Assembly: GCA_009839535.1 (NCBI GenBank)
Contig: VXPN01000263.1
Coordinates: forward strand, 1-40,529
Direction of reading: 5' to 3'
Source of the DNA: Boseongicola sp. SB0662_bin_57
Lineage (GTDB): Bacteria > Pseudomonadota > Alphaproteobacteria > Rhodobacterales > Rhodobacteraceae
DNA: 40,529 nucleotides
Positions 18,441-26,849 of this stretch are shown here, in pieces. The notes below the pieces were generated by a model that saw only the letters and a list, made by a program, of their open reading frames with translations, did not search any database and was not told where the DNA came from. Each line of letters begins with the position of its first letter. Positions within the stretch are counted from its first letter, which is position 1. Made by a program: the position numbers and the translations under genes.

Positions 18441-21400
18441 TCAGCATATCTCGGCGCCCAGGCTGCGTTGGGCGCTGAGCGACCGCGCCCGCTCCGCCCG
18501 CAGCCGCTCCGTGCTTTCGGGCAGCTTCGCGTGAAGCAGTCCCTCCGCGGCCTCCCGCGGCACCTCGCCGCCCGACGCCAGCCGCGCCTCGCCGGACTCC
18601 AGGAGCGCCTTGGCCGGCCCGTCCTTGTCGAGATCGCGGGAGAGGCCCTTCAGCGCCCGGCGCACGTCGCGGAGCCCGACCTTGCGGGCCTCGTAGAGCG
18701 CCTCCTGCTCCGCGACCGTCTCGTTCCAGCGCTCGACGAACCGCTCGATCCGCCCGGCCGGCGAGCGTTCGAACCTCTCCTGCCCGGAGACGGCGTCCTT
18801 GAGCCGCGCGGACAGCGCCTTGCCCTTGAGGTCCTGCACCTCCTCGCGCAGGGCCCCGTCGCGCCTCAGCGCCGCGGCCAGCCTGTCCCTCGCGCCCGGG
18901 CGCGCCTTCTCGAGTTGGGCCGCCGCGTCCTTGAGCGCTTTCCGCTGGCCCTGCAGGGGCTCGAGGCCTTGCTCCCGATGCCTCAGGATCGAGGCCGCGG
19001 CCCGCCCGTAGCCGATCAGGGCCCGCTCGTACCGGGTTCGCCGCAGCGGGTCCGCCTCCGGGTCCGGCGGAGGCGGGATGCCGGCCAGGCGGGCCTCGGA
19101 GCGCGCGGGCGTCGCCTCCTCGCGTCCCGACCGCGAAAGCCGGTCCTGGCCAGGCGCGGCGGCCGTCGCCGGGAGCGACCGGCGGATTCTCGCGGCCTCG
19201 TCAGGCATGGCCTCGAGATGGGGAACATGCGGGCTGCCCTTCGCCAGCATCGCGTTGGCCTCCGCCACGATCATCGCGCCCTCCTCCCGCAGGGCGCGGC
19301 GGTCCGGATCCGCAGGGTCGCGGGAAGCGGACGGAATCCCGACCTCCCGCCGCGCCTGCCAGCGGCCGGCGCGGCGGGACAGGTCGCGTACCTCGCCAGC
19401 CAGCGCCTCCTGCCGGTCGCGCGTTTCCTTCCACTCGACGACGGCCCGGGCGGAACCCGCATCAAGTCCCTCAGCGCCTTCGAGCCGATCGCCCAGCCGG
19501 GCCGTATCCGCCCAGCCCGCGCAGTGAAGCTCCGGCACGGAGTCCCTTCGCGCGCACTCCCGCAGCGCATGCCAGCCACGCCGGAACCGTCCCGAATCGT
19601 CCAGCGTGCGGACGCGCCCGATCGCCGCGACGCCCTCGCGAAGGCCGGCCTCCCCTGGCACGGCCTCACGGTCCGGACGGTCGTGACGGTCGTGATGTCC
19701 GTTACGCTGCCATCCGTCCTGCATCGCGCGCGCCTCGTCCAGCAGCGCCGCACCGTCTTTCCGCCACGCCGCGTGCCCTGGCATGTCCTCCGGGAAGCGG
19801 CCTGCCGCCTTGGCCGCCCAGCCGAGCTCCGGCCACCTGCGCCAGTGGGCGCGCACCCGCGCCGCGAGGTCGCGTTCCTTGCGCTCCTCCGAGATCCGGC
19901 GCTCGTGCCCCTCCAGCATCGCGTCCAGCGTCCGCCGCATGTCCGGCGGCAGATCCTCGATCGCGGACAGCGCCGCCGCCCGCGCCATCACCTCCGCATG
20001 TTCGCGAAGGTCACGGGAATCCGTGCCGGCCTCCTCCGCGCGCCGCTCCAGCTCGCGCCAGTCCGCGACCAGCTCCTCGAACGTCTCCGGGTCGATGACG
20101 GGCGGCCGCTCCGGATCGATGCCCAGCGCCTCCAGCGCGCCGTCCCCCTGTCCGGGCCGGCCCTCCAGCGCCTCCACGAGCCCCTCGCGGTCGTCGGTCA
20201 GCAGCAGGAACTCCTCCGAGGCGCGGCTGAGCTCGACATGGAACAGCGCCTGGTCCACCGCGCCCGCCGAATCCAGCACCGCGATCGCCGAGCGCGCCGT
20301 CGCGCCCTGCGCGGCGTGGACCGTGGTGCAGTAGGCGTGGTCCAGGTGCCGGAGCTGCACGTCCTTCCCCGAAAGCGAGAAGGCGTGCCCCTCCGTGTCG
20401 CGGAACCGCACGCGCTGGCCCCCGATGTCCAGCACCTCCGCCTCGCCGCCGTTGACGAGGCCTTGCCGGCCATGGGAGGCCTTCCGGTTGCGGGTCCAGC
20501 GGATCCGGTCGCCGGCGCGGATCTCGATCTCCTCGGTGTCGTGCAGCCGGCACCACCAGGCGCTGTTGCCCGAGGGCCGGAAGCTCCGCTCGCCGCCGGG
20601 CGTCGCCAGCACGACCCTTCCGTCCTCCACGCCCGTGACGATGCAGACGTCGTCCTGGCGGCAGCCGTAGGCGTCGCGGTGGAACACGACCGTGTCCCCT
20701 TCCTCCCAGCTGCGGACGTCGGCCGCCTGCGCCCGCGTCAGCCGCCGGTCGACCAGCCGGTCGATGGCAAGCGACCGTCCGTGCAGCGCGCCCTCCGCCG
20801 CGAGCCCCTCGCGCACGGCGGCGTTGACCTCGCGACGGATCGCGTGGGTGGGCGCCATGATCGCGGTGTCCGTCCTCTCCTCCGGCCCGAGCGCCAGCCA
20901 GCGCCGTCCCGCCTCCGCGCCGAGCTGTCCGCGCGGGACCTCGCGCACCCGCTCGCCGAGGATCTCCGTCGCCTCGCCCGGCGCGCCCTCCCTGGACTGC
21001 CTGACGGCCTCACGGAGCGCCGGGTCGCGCTGGCGCAGCACCTCGTCCATGACGACGGTCTCCATGCCCGCCCGCTGCAGGAGCCGGAACGGCTGGCCCG
21101 CGTCCACGGCGCGCAGCTGCGCCGTGTCGCCCACGAGCGCCACCCTTGCCACGCCGAGCGCCCGCGAGATTCGCAGGAGCGCCTCCATGCGCGCGGTGTC
21201 GACCATCGACGCCTCGTCGACCGCGAGGAGCGCGCCCCGGAACTCCTCCCGCCCCCGCACCAGCCGGTCCGGATCGGAGAGGTCTCCGTGGCGAACGAGG
21301 AACCGCTGCAGCGTCCAGGCCTCGACGCCCGCCTCCCGCGCCAGCACCCGCGCGGCGGAGGCCGATGGCGCGAGGCCCAGGATCCTGCGTTCCCCCGCGA

Positions 21401-22949
21401 GCACCGCGGCCTCGCGGAGCATCGCGGTCTTGCCGCTCCCGGCATGGCCCTGCACGCCGACGACCTTGTCCCGCGCGAGCAGCAGCGTCCGCACCGCCTT
21501 CCGCTGGCCGTCCGTGAGACGGCCGCCCTCCAGCCTCGCCGCGACCGCCGCCTCGTCGGCAAGCGGGACGGCCCTTCCGCGCCCCTCGCGCATCAGCGCC
21601 AGAAGCCGCCGCTCCGCCTTCACCGCCCGGTCGGTGACGAAGGCGCGGTCCGCGCCCCGGCGGACGGTCTCCACCAGCTCGCCCTCGCGCACGAGCCGCG
21701 CGACGGCGGCGTCGATGTCGGCGAGCGTCCAGCGCCCCGGCGCGTGGCCGAGCGCCACGGCCCGGATCTCCGTCTCGGGAATCACCGTGCGCCGCTCCTC
21801 CGCGTGCGCCACCGCGCGCGCCACCGCCTCCAGCGGCCCGGTCTCCGGCTCCCGCGACAGCCGCTCCGGGGCCGACGGCCTGCCCGTGCGCCGGCCCTTC
21901 CTCGGCGCCCTGGCGCCGCGCGGCAGCTTCGGCACGGCGGGCACGCGCTTGCGGTTCCGGATCACGTTCGCCGGCAGGTCCGGCGGCGGCACGGGCGGGA
22001 TCTCCGCGCGCGCGCCGGTCTCTGGATCGACGGGCCGGGGCGGGGCAAGCGCCATCCTGTCGCGGTCGAGCCCGAGGGCGCGGGCGCGCTCCCGCCACTC
22101 GGTGACGAGCTCGGCCAGGCCGCGGTCCCGCTTCCGCCTGCGCGTGTGCAGCGCCGCCATCTGCGCGAGCGCCGGGGTGTACGGAAGCCCCAGCCGCTCC
22201 AGGCGGTCGAGGATCGCCCGACGCCGTCCGGAGAACGCCATCAGGAACGAGCGGTCGTAGCCCGCCAGCTCGAACCCGGGCACGTTGCCGACCATCGTCG
22301 GCGCCGTCGCCATCCCCAGCGCCTGGAGCCGGCGGGCCAGCTCGTTGCGGTAGAAGGCCCCGATCAGCCTCTGGCTGCGCCGGATTCGGGTCGGCTCGAC
22401 GCTGCGCCATGCGCCCGCCTCGTTCCGGGTGACGTTGGCCAGGACGCAGTGCGTGTGCAGCTGCGGGTCGAGGTCGCGGCTCGACAGGTGCCGGAACCCG
22501 GCGACGGCCATGCCGTCCGCCTTCACCCGGGGCCGGCGTCGCGTTGCGGGGTCCCAGCCGCGCGTCTCCAGCAGCTCCGCCTCGATCCAGTCCAGCGTCG
22601 CGCGCACCGCGTCGTCATGCGCCCGGATCACCCGCCGGTCGCCGGCGACCAGCGCCTCCAGCGACACCGACTTCGGGGCCGAGAAGGTGACGTCCCAGCC
22701 GGGGCGGTGCTCGCGCGCGCCCTCGCGCATCCGCCCGAGCAGGACACCCTTGTCGGGCATCTCGCCCGAAAGCAGCCCCGCGAAGCGCTTCGGGTGCACG
22801 TGGCCCCTGAGCCCCAGCGCGCCCGCCGCATTGCCGTGCCAGAAGCTCGCCTGCCGGTGCTCGGGATCGTCCTTCACGTAGTATCCGTCCCGCTCGTAGT
22901 ACGAGAGCGCCGCCGTCGCGGAGGCGAGGCTGACGACCGTCGCGACCAT
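18441..22949 (-). CDS. MOBF-family conjugative relaxase-helicase (TrwC/TraI-like relaxase domain plus RecD-like helicase plus long coiled C-terminal extension), about 1502 aa
   Basis: Relaxase motifs: ALSYYERDGYYVKDD (Tyr pairs), DVTFSAPKSVS, FRHLSSRDLDPQLHTHCVLANVT (HxH metal site). Helicase motifs: GVQGHAGSGKTAML (Walker A), LLAVDEASMVD (Walker B), VALVGDTAQLRAVDAG, CTTVHAAQGAT. I take the ATG at 22949 (MVATVVSLAS) with GGGGAG upstream. The track start at 23174 adds an Arg/Pro-rich extension that looks spurious. Confidence 0.9.
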   Translation of the reverse strand: MVATVVSLASATAALSYYERDGYYVKDDPEHRQASFWHGNAAGALGLRGHVHPKRFAGLLSGEMPDKGVLLGRMREGAREHRPGWDVTFSAPKSVSLEALVAGDRRVIRAHDDAVRATLDWIEAELLETRGWDPATRRRPRVKADGMAVAGFRHLSSRDLDPQLHTHCVLANVTRNEAGAWRSVEPTRIRRSQRLIGAFYRNELARRLQALGMATAPTMVGNVPGFELAGYDRSFLMAFSGRRRAILDRLERLGLPYTPALAQMAALHTRRRKRDRGLAELVTEWRERARALGLDRDRMALAPPRPVDPETGARAEIPPVPPPDLPANVIRNRKRVPAVPKLPRGARAPRKGRRTGRPSAPERLSREPETGPLEAVARAVAHAEERRTVIPETEIRAVALGHAPGRWTLADIDAAVARLVREGELVETVRRGADRAFVTDRAVKAERRLLALMREGRGRAVPLADEAAVAARLEGGRLTDGQRKAVRTLLLARDKVVGVQGHAGSGKTAMLREAAVLAGERRILGLAPSASAARVLAREAGVEAWTLQRFLVRHGDLSDPDRLVRGREEFRGALLAVDEASMVDTARMEALLRISRALGVARVALVGDTAQLRAVDAGQPFRLLQRAGMETVVMDEVLRQRDPALREAVRQSREGAPGEATEILGERVREVPRGQLGAEAGRRWLALGPEERTDTAIMAPTHAIRREVNAAVREGLAAEGALHGRSLAIDRLVDRRLTRAQAADVRSWEEGDTVVFHRDAYGCRQDDVCIVTGVEDGRVVLATPGGERSFRPSGNSAWWCRLHDTEEIEIRAGDRIRWTRNRKASHGRQGLVNGGEAEVLDIGGQRVRFRDTEGHAFSLSGKDVQLRHLDHAYCTTVHAAQGATARSAIAVLDSAGAVDQALFHVELSRASEEFLLLTDDREGLVEALEGRPGQGDGALEALGIDPERPPVIDPETFEELVADWRELERRAEEAGTDSRDLREHAEVMARAAALSAIEDLPPDMRRTLDAMLEGHERRISEERKERDLAARVRAHWRRWPELGWAAKAAGRFPEDMPGHAAWRKDGAALLDEARAMQDGWQRNGHHDRHDRPDREAVPGEAGLREGVAAIGRVRTLDDSGRFRRGWHALRECARRDSVPELHCAGWADTARLGDRLEGAEGLDAGSARAVVEWKETRDRQEALAGEVRDLSRRAGRWQARREVGIPSASRDPADPDRRALREEGAMIVAEANAMLAKGSPHVPHLEAMPDEAARIRRSLPATAAAPGQDRLSRSGREEATPARSEARLAGIPPPPDPEADPLRRTRYERALIGYGRAAASILRHREQGLEPLQGQRKALKDAAAQLEKARPGARDRLAAALRRDGALREEVQDLKGKALSARLKDAVSGQERFERSPAGRIERFVERWNETVAEQEALYEARKVGLRDVRRALKGLSRDLDKDGPAKALLESGEARLASGGEVPREAAEGLLHAKLPESTERLRAERARSLSAQRSLGAEIC

Positions 22950-23201
22950 CCGTTCAGGCTCCCCGCAAGGCGGCGGCCAGGACGGAGCCGGAAAGGGCCG
23001 GGCCGCACGGAACGGCATGCAGGGGCGGGGCGCCATGCGCGGACGGTCCGGGATGCGGACCCGCCAACGGACACGGGGATCGGCAGCGCGACGGCAACGG
23101 GCAGGCCTGCCCGGCCCTCGCGGAAGCGCGGAAGCGGAGTCCGGGCGGTCCTCCGTCGCCATGTTGCCGTGCACGGCGACGGCCGGCGACGGCGCGGCGG
23201 T

Positions 23202-23915
23202 TCAGAATCCGAGCCATCGGAGAAGCCGGTCGGGATGGTCCGTCCACGTCGCCAGCGCCATCCCCGCGACGAAAGCGGCGCACGGCCAGAGGACGGGCAG
23301 CGGCCGGCGGGACCGCGCCTCCTCCGTCTTCCGGAGGAGCGCGGACAGGCTCGTCGAGACCGCGTCCAGGCCGGCCCCGGCTTCCTCCCGGAGACCGTCG
23401 ACGTCCGCCTTGATCCCGGCCGCGACGTCCCCGGTCCTGGCCGCGACGTCGAGGATCGCCTCGCGGTCCCCGGCCAGTTGCCTGGAAAGCCGCTCCGGCA
23501 AGCGGACGAGCGTCTCGCGGTCCTTGCGCAGCTCCGCCTCGATCGCTTCGGCGGCGACCTGGAGCCGTGCGGCGTGCGCGGCGACCAGCGCGGACGGCGA
23601 GTCCGGGCCGCCGTGCCCGGCGACCGTCTCCGCGACACGCGCGACGAGCCTGTCGCTCCAGTCGTCGAGCTCCTCCCGCGTCATCGGCCCGGGCCGTGCG
23701 GAGACCGCTTCGCCAACACGTTCGATGATCCTCGATTCCAGGCCCTCCAGGTCCTTCCGCGTCAATGCGGCCTCGCCCGACGCGGCCATCGCGTCGCCGA
23801 GCCTCGCGATCTCGTCCCTGACCGCCTCCAGCGCCGCGGCGCCCCCGGCCGGCCGCGTCGCCATCAGGTCCGTCGCGGACGGCCCGCGCTGCCCCGTGGC
23901 CCGCGTCCCGCTCAT
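23202..23915 (-). CDS. Hypothetical coiled-coil protein with a C-terminal TM helix (relaxosome/transfer accessory candidate)
   Basis: Its ATG overlaps the stop of the upstream RHH gene (ATGA at 23915-23912). It has long Ala/Glu/Arg-rich helices, then PLPVLWPCAAFVAGMALATW. Confidence 0.55.
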   Translation of the reverse strand: MSGTRATGQRGPSATDLMATRPAGGAAALEAVRDEIARLGDAMAASGEAALTRKDLEGLESRIIERVGEAVSARPGPMTREELDDWSDRLVARVAETVAGHGGPDSPSALVAAHAARLQVAAEAIEAELRKDRETLVRLPERLSRQLAGDREAILDVAARTGDVAAGIKADVDGLREEAGAGLDAVSTSLSALLRKTEEARSRRPLPVLWPCAAFVAGMALATWTDHPDRLLRWLGF

Positions 23916-24451
23916 CCGGCGCTCCCTCCTTGCTGTCCGCCTCGCGGGGATCGCCCGCCCGTGGCAGGCGCCGCCTCGCCGTCAGGGCGGACGGCCGCGG
24001 CCGCAGCGACTCCCGTCCGGGCGTCCGCGAGGGGCGCGCGGTTCCGCGTCAGCCGGGCCATGTCCGCCCGCGCCGCCCTCTCGCCGCGCACCGCGGCCAG
24101 CCGGGCGCGGACCTCGTCCGCCCGTCCGGCGTCGAGCATGTCCGCCGCCCACGTGGCGAACATCGCGGCGACCCGGGACTGCATGTCCGCGACCAGCGAG
24201 GCCGCGTCCCCGCCGCCGGCGACGAGCGCGCGGATCTCGCGGACGGCCTCCAGCATCTCGCGCTGCTCGGCCGGGGCGAGCGCGAGGACCGGGGCCGACC
24301 CGTCCCGCTCGCGCCCGTCGCGCTCGACGAGGCCGACGACGTAGCGCGCGACCGTCTGCCCCCGGCGGGCTGCGTGGTCGCGCACGGCGTCCCACTCGGC
24401 GTCCGTCGCCGAGATCGAGAGATGCCTCGGAGGCCTCGCCCTTCCCGTCAC
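23912..24451 (-). CDS. Ribbon-helix-helix (CopG/MobC-like) relaxosome accessory protein, paralog A (about 179 aa)
   Basis: The N-terminal motif LSISATDAEWDAVRDHAARRGQTVARYVVGLV fits the beta-strand/helix/helix pattern of RHH mobilization proteins. The GTG at 24451 overlaps the stop of paralog B (GTGA). Confidence 0.55.
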   Translation of the reverse strand: MTGRARPPRHLSISATDAEWDAVRDHAARRGQTVARYVVGLVERDGRERDGSAPVLALAPAEQREMLEAVREIRALVAGGGDAASLVADMQSRVAAMFATWAADMLDAGRADEVRARLAAVRGERAARADMARLTRNRAPLADARTGVAAAAAVRPDGEAAPATGGRSPRGGQQGGSAG

Positions 24452-24756
24452 GCCGCCCGCTCCCCGGCCATCGCCGAAATCGCCGACAGGAGGCTCTGGC
24501 CGCTCCCGCCGGGAAGCTCCTCCCGGAGCAGGCGGACGACGCCGAGGACCTCCAGCATGCCCTCCAGGAGCGACAGCTGCGCCTCCTCGTCGATCACGAC
24601 CGGATGCACGTCCGGATCGTCCTGGAGCGCCAGGTCGAGCACGTAGCGCGAGATCGTCTTGCCCGCCGCCTTCGCCCGCCCCCGGATCATCGCCTGCTCC
24701 TCCGGCGGGCAGTGCAGGCTGCGCTGCCGCCGCCGTTCGCGCGCCGCGCCGCTCAC
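24448..24756 (-). CDS. Ribbon-helix-helix protein, paralog B (about 102 aa)
   Basis: SLHCPPEEQAMIRGRAKAAGKTISRYVLDLAL has the same RHH layout. The GTG at 24756 overlaps the stop of paralog C (GTGA). Confidence 0.5.
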   Translation of the reverse strand: MSGAARERRRQRSLHCPPEEQAMIRGRAKAAGKTISRYVLDLALQDDPDVHPVVIDEEAQLSLLEGMLEVLGVVRLLREELPGGSGQSLLSAISAMAGERAA

Positions 24757-25112
24757 GGCGCGCCCTCCCGACCGGTCTCCGCGCCCGCCGCCTTCCAGCG
24801 GTTCGCCGCGCCGGGATCGGCCAGGCGGTCCAGCACGCCCTCCCGGTCCATCCACGCGTCGACCGCGTCGCAGGCGTCCTCCCACGCCGCGCCGGCCCCG
24901 GCCTCGCGCAGGCGACGCTCCTCCAGCTTCGAGAGCACCAGCGCCTCGCGGACCGCGCGGCGGACGACCTCCCCCGGAAGGCCGTCGGGCGCCAGCGCCC
25001 GCGCGACGACGTATCTCGACATTTCCATGCCCGCCGCACCGGCGGCCCGCGCGATGCGCTCCCATTCGGCGTCCGTGGCCATCAGGCCGCGCTGCCTTCG
25101 CGCCGCGCTCAT
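24753..25112 (-). CDS. Ribbon-helix-helix protein, paralog C (about 119 aa), first gene of the mobilization operon
   Basis: ATG at 25112 (MSAARRQRGLMATDAEWERIARAAGAAGMEMSRYVVARAL). The longer track ORF (to 25718) crosses the lower-GC intergenic region and is Cys/Arg/Gln-rich, so it is probably not translated. Confidence 0.55.
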   Translation of the reverse strand: MSAARRQRGLMATDAEWERIARAAGAAGMEMSRYVVARALAPDGLPGEVVRRAVREALVLSKLEERRLREAGAGAAWEDACDAVDAWMDREGVLDRLADPGAANRWKAAGAETGREGAP

Positions 25113-26160
25113 GACGCCGCCAACGGCCGGTTCACGGCCTCCTGCCTTGAAACAGGCCCCCGATCCGCCATTGCGCTCCCCCCAATGTTCCTGACATGCA
25201 TCTTGTGGCAAAAGCGGTTCGCCACTGCAAGGCGACATGCCTGAATGTTCCTCGGCTGCAACTTTTTCTTGTATCATCCTTGTCGGCGGCCCGCAACAAT
25301 GTTGCTTGACATTGCGGTCATTGCGTTGCATGCAAGGGACTTGCAGGAAAAGGCAACAGGAATCATGTGTGGCTGGAGCCACGTGACTCTCTCTTGAGCT
25401 GTCACACCCCACGCATCGCTGATGCAGGCATTGCCCTGTCTGCACTTGTCCGGTCCCTTGACGACTTTTGCCGTCAAACGGGGCCGCAAGGTTGTTGGAC
25501 CGAGCGTACTGCGCAGAGCTATACGCGGATCGCCATCGCCCGGTCCTCGCAGGACACCGCCTGTCCGGCACCGATATACGAGCGACATGCGTTCCGGATC
25601 CCTGTTCCCAACATGTATGCTCTGGAGCACCTTGCCCTCTGTCCCTCCATGGCCGCCGTGTATGCTCCGGGCACACAATTCCCTGTCCCTCTTTGTCCAC
25701 CTTGCATGCTCTCAGCATGCGGCACCATCATGGTCCAAACCCTCTTCGCGTGCTCACGAATTGCCCCCGGATCGGTCTTCGCAAATCCGAGGACGAACAG
25801 GAAAACCGCCTTGGGCTGCCGTCAACTTGCTTCGACTCGTCTCTGGACCCAGGTGAAACGAGCCGCCGAACGCGAACGGCAGGACGTCGTGTGCGTTTGC
25901 AGGCAGGCGCAAAGATTGAACGGAATGGCGGCGGGATCCGCCCCGCGAGCGGTCCGGTCTCGCAACCGACGCTTGCGCCAAGGCGGCCAGTACCCCGCTA
26001 ATCGTTCACCAGATCATCGAATTTCACTCGCTGACGTCCAGGCCTCAGGCCACACATGACGCCTCGATCCCCTGCAAGGCATCAAGCCGCCAGTGAGATG
26101 CCGCCATCCGGCAAGCCACGGCGGCAACCGGATTACGTCCTTCCCCATAGTGGCGGAAGC
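25113..26160. promoter_or_regulatory. About 1 kb lower-GC intergenic region between divergent RHH genes; candidate oriT plus divergent promoters
   Basis: I see no convincing ORF. The region is dense in short repeats. AATGTTCCT-GACATGC (25184-25199) is mirrored by GACATGC-ctg-AATGTTCCT (25234-25252). CATTGCG occurs twice (25310-25325), followed by the perfect palindrome TTGCATGCAA (25326-25335). Three iterons of about 45 bp lie at 25601-25720. In MOBF systems such as R388, oriT lies upstream of the RHH accessory gene. Confidence 0.35.
25601..25720. repeat. Three imperfect direct repeats (iteron-like) of about 45 bp
   Basis: The core TG(T/C)ATGCTC recurs at about 25614, 25659 and 25703. Each copy is preceded by a CCCTGTCCCT-like box. 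The last copy ends in the hairpin AGCATGC/GCATGCT (GCATGCTCTCAGCATGC). Confidence 0.4.
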
Positions 26161-26691
26161 ATGCAAGCCGGGATACCAGCCGCCGACAGGAGCGACAACG
26201 TGTCCGAAACCGATCATGGCGAGCCGAAGTCGACGGGGACTCCGTCCCTAACTAGGTCCAGCTCGCGCCGCACCCGCGGCCTCCGTTTCTCCGATTCCGA
26301 GTGGGAGGAGATCAGGGCGGCCGCCGAAGGCGACTGACTGACTGTCCCGGAGTTCGTCTGTGACAAGCTTCTGGCCATCGTGCGCGGCAATGCCGCGGCC
26401 GGCCCCGCCGAAAGCCTCGCTTCGCTTGCGCCCCTGATCAAGCGAACCTTCCGGTACACCTGGTTCCTCTCCACCCACAAACGGGACGAGATGATTCAGG
26501 AGGGTCGCCATGAGGAGATCGACAGCTTGGTCAAGGAGGCTCGTGACCTTCAGACAGAATTCAGCAGACCGAGCCGCGACTGCGGACCGGCTACTGACGC
26601 GGCACGCCCAACCGGCCGCCCTGAAAGGGAGCGTCGGACGGTTCCGCGACAGGGCCCAAAATTCTTGTGTAGCACGCTGCCCGATACATGA
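26161..26691 (+). pseudogene. RHH mobilization-protein paralog interrupted by an in-frame TGA
   Basis: Track ORFs 26056-26337 and 26380-26691 are in the same frame and are separated only by the TGA at 26335-26337. The joined reading ...RGLRFSDSEWEEIRAAAEGD*LTVPEFVCDKLLAI... reproduces the RHH motif of paralogs A-C across the stop. The stop lies inside (GACT)x3 at 26332-26343. Confidence 0.45.
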
Positions 26692-26849
26692 GGTAGCGGA
26701 TGACTTGAACCCGACCGCGCAAGCTCGCAAATTGGAAGTGAGTGAGGGCACTCTCGCAGAGGGCATGGACGCCATGGTGTCGCGCGACTGGCACAATTTT
26801 GATCTTGCGAAACGGACAGTCCGTACAACAACGAAGGAGGCCTGACCGA

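Noticed and set aside
18330-24344. 2004-aa plus-strand ORF, the longest ORF in this part of the track
   Set aside because: It is antisense to the relaxase and accessory genes, which carry unambiguous MOBF and helicase motifs. Its product is a low-complexity Arg/Pro/Ala/Gly string with no motif. Such stop-free antisense frames are expected in very GC-rich DNA.
26335-26337. The in-frame TGA as selenocysteine or programmed readthrough
   Set aside because: I see no SECIS-like hairpin immediately downstream. The context is a tetranucleotide duplication in a redundant fourth paralog, so simple inactivation is the more economical reading.
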